Of a stretch of DNA of 33,211 nucleotides, positions 1 to 7,895 are shown piece by piece. The stretch is from Chloroflexota bacterium (lineage in GTDB: Bacteria > Chloroflexota > Dehalococcoidia > UBA2979). A model generated the notes under the pieces. It had not been told where the DNA came from, did not search any database, and saw only the letters and a program-made list of their open reading frames with translations. The stretch spans positions 1-33,211 of the forward strand of contig JAQCIU010000032.1 of the NCBI GenBank assembly GCA_027593235.1. The letters run 5' to 3'. The position numbers were made by a program, and so were the translations under genes. Positions within the stretch are counted from its first letter, which is position 1, and each line of letters opens with the position of its first letter.

Positions 1-87
1 GGAGACAACTGCTTCCCCATCGACGCCCTCCTTGACGAGCTCCCCAAGAACCTTGGTGCTCACCAACTCGTTGCGTCGATCCCTTGA
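1..87 (+). CDS. probable 3' end of a CDS entering from the left (partial, product unknown)
   Basis: Frame 1 is open from base 1 (GDNCFPIDALLDELPKNLGAHQLVASIP) to TGA 85-87, with many C-ending codons like other + strand genes. Confidence 0.4.
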   Translation, partial: GDNCFPIDALLDELPKNLGAHQLVASIP

Positions 88-219
88 ACCCGCCCATCCA
101 TATGTGAAGTAACAACGCTGTGCGCTCTTATACGCACTAGCTCGATCCGAGTCAACGCGTGTAACGTTGTCTGAAGTAGCCTGAAAGGTGCCACGAAGCC
201 TGAGGAGTGACACACGACA

Positions 220-897
220 ATGGACGCTGACTCCCAGTCGCCCCCACGTCCCATGGTCCCCGGCGGACTGCCCGAAGGTGGATTCCTCGAGCGCCTGACT
301 GCGGAGGTTCGAGCCCTCGGCGGGGAAGTCGGAATCGTCGATGAGATCGCCAATCGCTCTTCCGCGACCATCGATCTCTTCTTCCTGGGCTACCTCCGCC
401 TCGTCTCACAATTCGGCATCTTCTCGTTCGGTCCGATGACGATTCACCTCCCCACCATCGAGGAAATCGTCTTCAGAACCGCCCCGCTGGCACAACGCGG
501 GGACGCCAGCGAACTCGTTCGGTTCACCGAACTCGTCGGCGAGGAGGTGGCCCGGAGCGGCGCGCGGCAGATCAACGAACTGCACGCACTCCTCGCGTTC
601 ATGAAGCTCGACGCCGGATTGCCAGGCCGGGTGTTCGGCGAATTGGGTGTCCGCCCCGAGGAGGTCGAAGCCTTCGCGCGCGTCGGGCACTCGCCGCCCC
701 GTGGCCTCGAGCGCCTGTATTCGCCGGAAGAGGCCGCTGAATATCTGGGCATCCACGTCCAGACCGTGCGCGCCTGGATCCGCTCCGGTCGTCTGCGTGC
801 GAGCAGACTCGCCGGTCAGCGAGCACTGAGAATTCGGGCATCCGACCTTGAGAGTGTCCTCGACCCGGTCGAACCAGAGTCGGAACCGATCGACTAG
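220..897 (+). CDS. Clp repeat (Clp_N)-like domain fused to a C-terminal excisionase-type helix-turn-helix (HTH_17) DNA-binding domain
   Basis: C-terminal LYSPEEAAEYLGIHVQTVRAWIRSGRLRASRLAGQRALRIRASDLE is a typical Xis/MerR-like HTH; EEVARSGARQINELHALLAFMKLDAGLPGRVFGELGVRPEEV resembles a Clp_N repeat; GAGGAG upstream. Confidence 0.75.
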   Translation: MDADSQSPPRPMVPGGLPEGGFLERLTAEVRALGGEVGIVDEIANRSSATIDLFFLGYLRLVSQFGIFSFGPMTIHLPTIEEIVFRTAPLAQRGDASELVRFTELVGEEVARSGARQINELHALLAFMKLDAGLPGRVFGELGVRPEEVEAFARVGHSPPRGLERLYSPEEAAEYLGIHVQTVRAWIRSGRLRASRLAGQRALRIRASDLESVLDPVEPESEPID

Positions 898-933
898 TCT
901 CGCGACACCGACCCCCGGTCGTCAGGAGCACCC

Positions 934-1278
934 GTGACGCTGTACATGATCGAACGTGACTTCACCGACTTCAGTCAGGACGCGTTCGAGGCCGCCGCGA
1001 TGCGCTCGAAAATGTGCGTCCCCTGGGTCGATGGACTTGAGTGGATTCGCTCCTTCCACGACGTAGATGCAGAGCGCACGCTCTGCATCTACCGCGCCAA
1101 CAACGAGGAAGATGTCCGTACCCACGCGCACATCGCCGGTATCCCCTGCGGCACCATCCTCCCCGTGGACGAGATCACCCCGGACATGATCGACGCGCCG
1201 GCAGAGCGCACCGAAGCAACGATCGAGGCCCAGCTCGTCACGATCGACGCAGCCGCCTCCGCGCCCAACCCCGACTAG
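934..1278 (+). CDS. DUF4242 / SCO4226-like small protein
   Basis: LYMIER...WIRSF...RTLCIYRANNEEDVRTHAHIAGIPCGTILPV matches the DUF4242 pattern; AGGAG RBS before GTG 934. Confidence 0.8.
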   Translation: MTLYMIERDFTDFSQDAFEAAAMRSKMCVPWVDGLEWIRSFHDVDAERTLCIYRANNEEDVRTHAHIAGIPCGTILPVDEITPDMIDAPAERTEATIEAQLVTIDAAASAPNPD

Positions 1279-1357
1279 CCGCCGGCAGCTCACACCCGCG
1301 CCCGTCACTCACCGAGGCGCCCCGACTCCATTTCGCAACAGCGTGGAACCGGCCTCG

Positions 1358-2422
1358 CTACCCCAGGCCCCGCGCCACGAGGTCCGCAGCCCGCGTCCCG
1401 TCGAGGCCCTCCTGGAACTCCGGAAACACATACCGCGCCATCAGCTCATAGCTATGCAACGTCGCCTCGCGCGACGCCCACTCCTTGCTCATCACCATCA
1501 CCCCGCCAATGCCGCCGCTCGCCTCCTCGATCGCGCGCAACTTCGCGATCGCATCGTCCGGCGTCCCGATCACAACCGTCGGCGCCTGCGCCATCACATC
1601 GATCCACTGCTCCCGCGACACGCCCTCCGGCACCCCCCGCCCGAGGATCGGCACCCCGAAGTCGAACTGCTCGCGTCCGGCCGCGTCCCGCACCGCGTCC
1701 AACGCCTCCTGGCGCGAGTCCGCGAGGTGCATGATGACGTTCTGCCGGATCTGGTCCCGGCTCGCCGGAACGCCCGCATCCGCCGCCCCCGCCTCGACGT
1801 GTGCCCACGCCTCCTCAATCTGATCCGGCGGTAGTGCCGTCAGCCAGATCGCCTGGTGCCGCCCGATCCGTCCGAGGGTGCCCGGGTTCTTCCCGGTCAC
1901 CACCGCGATCGGCATCCGCGGTTTCGTGTACGGCCGCACCTGCAGCACCGCCTCGCGCAGCTCGAACCACTCCGTCTTCACGCTGTACGGCGCGGCGTTG
2001 TCGAACAGCCGCATCATCGCGTCGAAGGCAGCCGCGAACCGCGGCTGCAGTTCCGAGGGCTCAACACCCACCACGTACGGATCGCTCGGAATCCCGCCGC
2101 CCGCGCCAACGCCCAGCATCGCGCGCCCTCGCGTGAGGTGATCCAGCAGGATGTACTCGTCGGCCACGTACAGCGGGTGATGCAGCCCCAGCGGCACCAC
2201 CCCACTCCCGAGGTGGATCTGCTTCGTCCGCGCCGCCGCCGTCGCGATGAACACCGCCGGCGACGAGATCAGCTCCCACCCAGAGCTGTGGTGCTCCCCG
2301 ATCCACACCTCGTCGAACCCGAGCCTGTCCCACCACTCGATCAGCTCCAGGTCGCGCTCGAACGACACCGTCGGGCTCTCGCCCGGCGCGTGCACCGGCT
2401 GCATGAAGATGCTGAACCGCAT
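1358..2422 (-). CDS. LLM class flavin-dependent oxidoreductase (luciferase-like monooxygenase, limonene monooxygenase-like)
   Basis: MRFSIFMQPVH...GFDEVWIGEHHS...LDHLTRGRAMLGVGAG motifs; AGGAGG RBS. Confidence 0.9.
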   Translation of the reverse strand: MRFSIFMQPVHAPGESPTVSFERDLELIEWWDRLGFDEVWIGEHHSSGWELISSPAVFIATAAARTKQIHLGSGVVPLGLHHPLYVADEYILLDHLTRGRAMLGVGAGGGIPSDPYVVGVEPSELQPRFAAAFDAMMRLFDNAAPYSVKTEWFELREAVLQVRPYTKPRMPIAVVTGKNPGTLGRIGRHQAIWLTALPPDQIEEAWAHVEAGAADAGVPASRDQIRQNVIMHLADSRQEALDAVRDAAGREQFDFGVPILGRGVPEGVSREQWIDVMAQAPTVVIGTPDDAIAKLRAIEEASGGIGGVMVMSKEWASREATLHSYELMARYVFPEFQEGLDGTRAADLVARGLG

Positions 2423-2483
2423 CGGTCCTCCTGCATTTCGAATCGCCCCCGACCGCGGAACGCGGCCCCGGGGTTCGCCGTCG

Positions 2484-2512
2484 GCAAAGACTGCTTGTTC
2501 GCAAAGACTGCT
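2484..2512. repeat. 12-bp direct repeat GCAAAGACTGCT x2
   Basis: Exact copies at 2484-2495 and 2501-2512, between the ArsR stop and the LLM gene start. Confidence 0.8.
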
Positions 2513-2515
2513 CGG

Positions 2516-2839
2516 CTAGGTGACGCCGCTCCGCGCCGTCAGTACCGCGCCTTCCTCGACGCAGCACTCGTCCACGAGGTACCCGACCACCGCCCGCATC
2601 ACCTCGAAGTTCGCACGCGTGACCACCGAGGCGCCGACCTTCTCCTGTACCACCAGCCGCGCCGCGACCAGCTTCTGCAGGTGGTGAGCCAGCGTCGACC
2701 GAGGCATCCCGCTCAGCCGCGCTTGCACCTCGGCAACGCTCAACCCCGGATCCCCCGCGCGCACTAGCGCCCGAAAAATCTCAAGCCGCGCCTCATGCCC
2801 CAGCGCATCCATCGCCTCCGCCGCCGCTTCCCTATCCAT
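2516..2839 (-). CDS. ArsR/SmtB family transcriptional regulator with C-terminal Cys-Cys
   Basis: ALGHEARLEIFRALV...PRSTLAHHLQKLVAARLV...YLVDECC; start taken at ATG 2839 (ORF track extends to 2881). Confidence 0.9.
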   Translation of the reverse strand: MDREAAAEAMDALGHEARLEIFRALVRAGDPGLSVAEVQARLSGMPRSTLAHHLQKLVAARLVVQEKVGASVVTRANFEVMRAVVGYLVDECCVEEGAVLTARSGVT

Positions 2840-2956
2840 CCAACGACCCTGCACTCCCTCCGTGGCCTGCGTCAACCACATTTCTAGTTATATAGCCATT
2901 CCCCATCCGCCAACCCCCCAACAACACCACCCCCCCCACCCCGACCAAAACCCAGA

Positions 2957-3004
2957 CCACCCGCCAACACCCCCCGAAGGGTCATCAAGGGCCGAAGGCC
3001 CCCC
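2957..3004 (+). repeat. twin GAA-hairpin element, copy A
   Basis: CCC-GAA-GGG TCATCAA GGGCC-GAA-GGCCC (2973-3001); nearly identical to 9242-9288; contains the GNAT stop codon. Confidence 0.85.
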
Positions 3005-3554
3005 AGTCGGGGGCGAGGGTGGAATAGACCTCGAGGTCGAAGAACTCGCCGTGCAGGATCTCTGCGTGGCGTTGCGTCCCCTCGTGCACGAAACCGAGAC
3101 GCTCCGGGATCGCGCGGCTGCGCGTGTTGCCCGTCGCCGCGCGGATCACCACGCGGTGCAGATCGAGATCCCCGAGGAGGAACGTCGTCATCGCACGCGC
3201 CGCCCGCGTCACAATCCCGCGCCCCTCGTAACCATCCGCGATCCAGTACCCGATCTCCGCCGACCGATTCGACGGATCGATCATCGCCCCCAGCGTCCCC
3301 GCCACCGCGCGATCGACCACGATCGCGCACGGCAGCCCTGTGCCCGCGGCCAGGCTCTCGTGCGACCCGCGGATGAACGCCGCCTCATCCGCCGGCGACC
3401 CAATCGAGGGCACCCACGGCAACCACTCCCCCAGCCGGTCCCGGTTCGTCGCCACCAGGAAATAGATCGCGTCCGCGTCCGCCAGCCGCAGCGGACGCAG
3501 CTCGATCCCGTCGTCCACGGCGATGCTCAGGTACTGGCTCAGCGCAGTCGCCAT
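2985..3554 (-). CDS. GNAT family N-acetyltransferase (RimJ/RimL-like)
   Basis: NRDRLGEWLPW...AEIGYWI...GRGIVTRA...NTRSRAIPERLGFVHEG; GGGGAG RBS before ATG 3554. Confidence 0.9.
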   Translation of the reverse strand: MATALSQYLSIAVDDGIELRPLRLADADAIYFLVATNRDRLGEWLPWVPSIGSPADEAAFIRGSHESLAAGTGLPCAIVVDRAVAGTLGAMIDPSNRSAEIGYWIADGYEGRGIVTRAARAMTTFLLGDLDLHRVVIRAATGNTRSRAIPERLGFVHEGTQRHAEILHGEFFDLEVYSTLAPDWGAFGP

Positions 3555-3579
3555 CGAGGTCGCTCCCCTGCTTCGGCGG

Positions 3580-4914
3580 TCAGCAACTGGCGGCGCTGCT
3601 GCCCCCGACCGTGAACCGATGATAGACACCGACCGGGCGCCCATCCTCCGCCGAAAACTCTCCCACGAACAGCTCGTAGCTCCCCGGCGCCAGCGCCTCG
3701 ATCGTGAACGAGAACGCGCCCCACGCCTCCATCCAATCCGTCGTCATCACCGCGTACTGCGACCCGCACGAAGCCGCGAACGTACTGCCGCCCCAGTCCG
3801 CGTTGACTAGCTCCCCGCTCCCCGGCGCCGCTCCCGAGGCCGGCGCGGTCCGCAGCTCGATCGCCGTCGTTGCCTCGAACGGCCGTGCGTAGCCGCGCAC
3901 CTCGATCGGCGGAACTGGCGCCGGCCCGTTCACGTCCACGTTGATCGGCTGCCGCAACACCGTCGTGCCGAATGGGTCCTCGCTGACTAGCGGACCCAGC
4001 GCCAGACCCGAACCAGTCGGCGCATCGATCGTGTCGATCACCAGCCGCCCCGGCGATTCCAGCGCGAAGACGCGCACACCTCGATTGCGATCCCACAGCG
4101 CGAGGACCGCGAGCCCGCCCCCGCTCTCCGGCCGCACCACGAGAAGATCGGCCAGCCCGTTGTCGCGTCGGAAGGACTCGCTGGCGGTCGCCGCGGCGCC
4201 GACGACAGTCTCCGGCAGCGTGACCACCACCGAGGCCAGATCGAGGCCGACCGCGACGTTCTCCGGGACGCCGCCTGCCGTCTGGAGCGCGCCAGCAAGG
4301 GCGTCGTCGTAGTTGAAGTCCCGGCCAAACGTGATGACCGTGCGCTGGCAATCGGGGCCTTCGTACTGGTGAAGCGAGAAGACTGAGTCGGCGTCGTGAT
4401 CGATGACCGACGGGCCCTGTGGAACGCCGCCGCCGAAGGTGTACTCCGTCCCGGTGTCCCCACACCACACCTCGTCGAACGACGGCAGTGGCGTCAGGAA
4501 TACGGCGTTCACCCAGCCAGTCGTGCCCTCATATGTGACTTCGTACCACCGCGCATCGTCGATCCCGATCGTCTGCCCCGTGGCGATGACGTTCGTGGCG
4601 GTGTGCGAGATCACAGCGAGTACCTGAGAGCCGATCGCGGCAGGCTCCGCGCGCAAGTTCAGCCCACCGTCCGGATCGTTCCGCTGCACCTTCACCACGC
4701 CGAACTGCTGCCCCGCTGCGGCCATCGGCGGCACTGCCGCCGTCGCGCTCGCCTCCGCAGTCGAGGTTGAACTGGCTCCCGAGGTCGGCGTAGCCGTCGC
4801 CGCGGGCGACACCTCCGCGGTCGCTGACGCGGTCGGCGTCGGCGTGCTGTCGTTGCTCGAGCACGCCACCGCGATCACGAGGATGGCCGCCGCAAGCAAT
4901 CGTAGCTGGTGCAT
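3580..4914 (-). CDS. lipoprotein with SH3b, AMIN-like and Gmad2 immunoglobulin-like domains
   Basis: Signal peptide ending AVAC; Thr/Ala/Pro linker; LNLRAEP...WYEVTYEGTTGWV (SH3b); RVFALESPGRLVID (AMIN-like); IEVRGYARPFEA...WGAFSFTI...EFSAEDG (Gmad2-like); start ATG 4914. Confidence 0.7.
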   Translation of the reverse strand: MHQLRLLAAAILVIAVACSSNDSTPTPTASATAEVSPAATATPTSGASSTSTAEASATAAVPPMAAAGQQFGVVKVQRNDPDGGLNLRAEPAAIGSQVLAVISHTATNVIATGQTIGIDDARWYEVTYEGTTGWVNAVFLTPLPSFDEVWCGDTGTEYTFGGGVPQGPSVIDHDADSVFSLHQYEGPDCQRTVITFGRDFNYDDALAGALQTAGGVPENVAVGLDLASVVVTLPETVVGAAATASESFRRDNGLADLLVVRPESGGGLAVLALWDRNRGVRVFALESPGRLVIDTIDAPTGSGLALGPLVSEDPFGTTVLRQPINVDVNGPAPVPPIEVRGYARPFEATTAIELRTAPASGAAPGSGELVNADWGGSTFAASCGSQYAVMTTDWMEAWGAFSFTIEALAPGSYELFVGEFSAEDGRPVGVYHRFTVGGSSAASC

Positions 4915-5054
4915 CGCTGCCCCTCTACGCAAAGACGCCCGGCCGGGGCCGGGCGCCGATCGGCACGGTGCAATCAGAACGAATCGCGCGGCCTCAGCGT
5001 TCCCGACGATCCCGGTCACGCGCACCCCGCGCCGGCGCGATTCGCCCCCCGCGC

Positions 5055-6224
5055 CTACCCCCGAGGCAGCCCGAGGCCGCGCGTCGCGATGATGTTGCGC
5101 TGAATCTCGCTCGTCCCGGCCGCGATCGTCCGCGACACCGTCGCCATGTACGCGTAGCAAAGCTCGCCGCCCATCGGCGCGTGCTTCGATCCCGGCCGCA
5201 ACTGGCCCCCGAGGCCCAGCATGTTGATCCCGTACCGCGCGTTCCGCTGCTGCAGCTCCGTGCCAAACAGCTTCGAGATCGAGGACTCGTGGTTCGGCAC
5301 CAGGTCCTGCGACTGCATCCACGACACCCGGTAGCCCAGCAGCCGTGCCACATTGATCTCGATCGTCGTGTCCGCCAGGTGTTGGCGGTTCACCTCGCTG
5401 TCGATCACCCGACGCCCCGCCCCCGCGCTATCCGGCTTCCGCGAGTGCTCCAGCAGCCGGTCGTAAATCGGCACCGCCTCCGCCATCCGGTTGATCCCGG
5501 AACGCTCGAAGTCCAGCGTCGTCGCGCTCACGTACCAGCCGCGGTTCTCCTCGCCGATCATGTTCTTCGCCGGCACCCGCACATCCTCGAAGAACGTCTC
5601 GTTGAACCCCGCCTCGTCAGTCATCTGCACGATCGGCCGCAACGAGATCCCCGGCGTGTCCATCCGCAGCATGAAATACGAGATCCCGCGGTGCTTCGGC
5701 GCATCCGGATCCGTCCGCGTCAGCACGTGGATCCAGTCCGCGTGCCGCGCCCCGCTCGTCCAGATCTTCTGCCCGTTGATCACGAAGTCGTCGCCGTCGC
5801 GCACCGCGCGCGTCTGCAGCGACGCCAGGTCGGAGCCCGATCCCGGCTCCGAATACCCCTGACACCAGTTCGTCTCCGCGCGCGCGATCTTCGGCAAGTG
5901 CTCCTGCCGCTGCTCCTCCGTGCCAAACAGGATCAGCGCCGGCCCCAGCCGATCCGCGCCCTGCCCGCCCGCCGGCGCCTGCGCGAACGTGGACTCCTCC
6001 GCGAAGATCATCTGCTCGATGTAGGACGCGCCGCCGCCGCCGTACTCCTCCGGCCACGCCATCGTCAGCCAGCCCGCATCCGCCAGTCGCTTCTGGTAAT
6101 CGCGCACCCGCTCGTTGCGCTCCAGGTCCTCCCGCATCCGCGCGCCATCGAGCCAGTGCTCGCGAATGAACGACCGCACCTGCTGCCGAAACTGCGTCTG
6201 CTCAGCGTTCCACGCGAAGTCCAT
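5055..6224 (-). CDS. acyl-CoA dehydrogenase
   Basis: WCQGYSEPGSGSDLASL, INGQKIWTS, FNETFFEDVRVP, TIAAGTSEIQRNIIA; GGGAGG RBS. Confidence 0.95.
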   Translation of the reverse strand: MDFAWNAEQTQFRQQVRSFIREHWLDGARMREDLERNERVRDYQKRLADAGWLTMAWPEEYGGGGASYIEQMIFAEESTFAQAPAGGQGADRLGPALILFGTEEQRQEHLPKIARAETNWCQGYSEPGSGSDLASLQTRAVRDGDDFVINGQKIWTSGARHADWIHVLTRTDPDAPKHRGISYFMLRMDTPGISLRPIVQMTDEAGFNETFFEDVRVPAKNMIGEENRGWYVSATTLDFERSGINRMAEAVPIYDRLLEHSRKPDSAGAGRRVIDSEVNRQHLADTTIEINVARLLGYRVSWMQSQDLVPNHESSISKLFGTELQQRNARYGINMLGLGGQLRPGSKHAPMGGELCYAYMATVSRTIAAGTSEIQRNIIATRGLGLPRG

Positions 6225-6382
6225 GTACTGCCTCCCTGGCTGCGCCCAGGCGTCGGCCGCGCGCCGGCCGGTCGCTCAGCGAACATCCTACGTCGCGCGC
6301 ATACTGCGGGCGTCCGCCCTGACGAGGCCCTCTCGCTTCCCTCACGGCGCGAGTCAGCATCGGCACGATCGGGATCCTGCGC

Positions 6383-7693
6383 ATGCCGGAACTCATCGAA
6401 CACCCACCACCACCCACCGGACCAGCCGCCCGGGCTCCCGCCGCGCCGCCGTCGGGATCCCCGCCCGACCCGCCGCCGCGATCGCGGTTCGGTCGCGCGA
6501 TCGAATCGTTGTTCGTCCGCGACTTCCGGCTCCTCTGGACCAGCACCGTGCTCAGCGGCTTCGGTCAGTGGGGCCAGTAGATCTCCCTCAACTGGCTCGT
6601 CTTCGTGCTCACCGGATCCGCCACCCAGATCGGCGGCGTCTCCTTCGTCGCCGGCCTCATGACCCTCGGCGTCACCCCCTTCGCCGGTGTCCTCGCCGAT
6701 CGCTTCGCCCGCCGCACTATCCTCTGGTCCTCGTCACTCTTCGGCGCTGCCACTGCCGTCGCCCTCGCCATCCTCGTCGTCACCGATCTCATCGAGGTCT
6801 GGCACGCCTACGTCTTCGCCATCATCACCGGCCTCGCCCAGGCCCTGAACCAGCCCGCCCGACAGGCCGCCGTCTACGACGCCGCTACCGAGGACACGCT
6901 CCAGAACGCCGTCGCCCTCAACTCGCTCGCCCAGAACCTCGCACGCATCGTCGGACCCGCCGCCGCCGGCATCGTCGCCGTCTGGTCGCTCACCGCCGCC
7001 TTCCTGCTGATCGCCGTCATGCGCGCCCTCGCCGCAGGCGCCACCTTCCTCATGGCCCACCGCCCCGCCACCGCCGTCGTCGGCAGCCGCCGAAACCCCT
7101 TCCGCGACATCGCGGACGGCTTCCGCTACCTCGCCTCGGACGCGCGCCTCTCCGGCCTCTGGTTCGTCAACGCCCTGCCCTCGTTGATCGTCTATCCATA
7201 CGTCGCGCTGCTCCCGATCTTCGCCGACGAAGTCTTCGACGCCGGCTCACGCGGCTACGGCGTCATCGTCACCATGGTCGGCATAGGCAGCAGCATCGGC
7301 CTCGTCATCCTCGCGATCACCCCGAACCTTCACCGCCACGGCCTGCTGATGATGGGCGGCTTCATCGGCTACCTCCTCGCCGTCCTCGCCTTCACCCAGA
7401 CCAACCAGCTCGTCATCGCGCTCCCGCTCCTCATCGCCGGCGGCATCGTTCACGGCTTCGCGCTCGCTCTCAACACCTTCGTCTTCCAGACCTCGCTCCG
7501 CGATGACATGCGCGGCCGCGGCATGGGCGCCTGGCAACTCGGCTTCTCCCTCATGCCCATTGGCGCCCTCCCCATCGGCATCCTCGTCGACCACATCGGC
7601 CCGCAACGCGGTGTCGCCATCCCCGTCGCCGTCTGCCTCGTCGCCTTCGTCGCCATCACCCTCTTCTGGCGCCCACTCCGCGCCATCGACTAG
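6383..7693 (+). pseudogene. MFS transporter interrupted by one in-frame TAG at 6578-6580
   Basis: ORFs 6383-6580 and 6605-7693 share a frame and read RDFRLLW...GFGQWGQ*ISLNWLVFVLTGS; motif A GVLADRFARR downstream. Confidence 0.8.
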
Positions 7694-7721
7694 CCGCGTC
7701 ACCTCCGCGGCCCGACGAACC

Positions 7722-7738
7722 TCCGAGGCCCAACCACC
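7722..7738 (+). repeat. TCCGAGGCCCAAC post-stop motif
   Basis: 17 bp identical to 28015-28031 and 13 bp identical to 19474-19486; degenerate tandem copy at 7701-7716. Confidence 0.65.
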
Positions 7739-7895
7739 AGCGAGCCCTACCCGCTCCCGCCGGAACCCCCCATCGAGGCCCGCCACCCACGTTCCGCTCC
7801 GCCGCCCGCAGCCCGCTTCCGCCAGCGAGCGGTCGGGCCGTACGATCGCCCACTGCGCACCGCCTTCGGTGGGCCCCACAAGTCTTGGTGACGAC

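Noticed and set aside
170-215. Known riboswitch (glycine or c-di-GMP) suggested by CTGAA/GCCTGA repeats
   Set aside because: Could not match the conserved cores of these families by eye
220-897. Prophage or ICE excisionase marking a mobile element
   Set aside because: No integrase, phage or conjugation genes nearby; the HTH is fused to a larger domain
4915-5322. N-terminal extension of the lipoprotein ORF
   Set aside because: Overlaps the acyl-CoA dehydrogenase; the signal peptide begins at ATG 4914
6578-6580. Pyrrolysine or amber recoding in the MFS gene
   Set aside because: TAG is the commonest true stop in the window, no pyl genes are visible, and a CAG>TAG change explains it
7503-7895. 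N-terminal extension of the second MFS ORF as given in the ORF track
   Set aside because: Overlaps the upstream MFS gene and intergenic repeats and translates as low-complexity Ser/Pro
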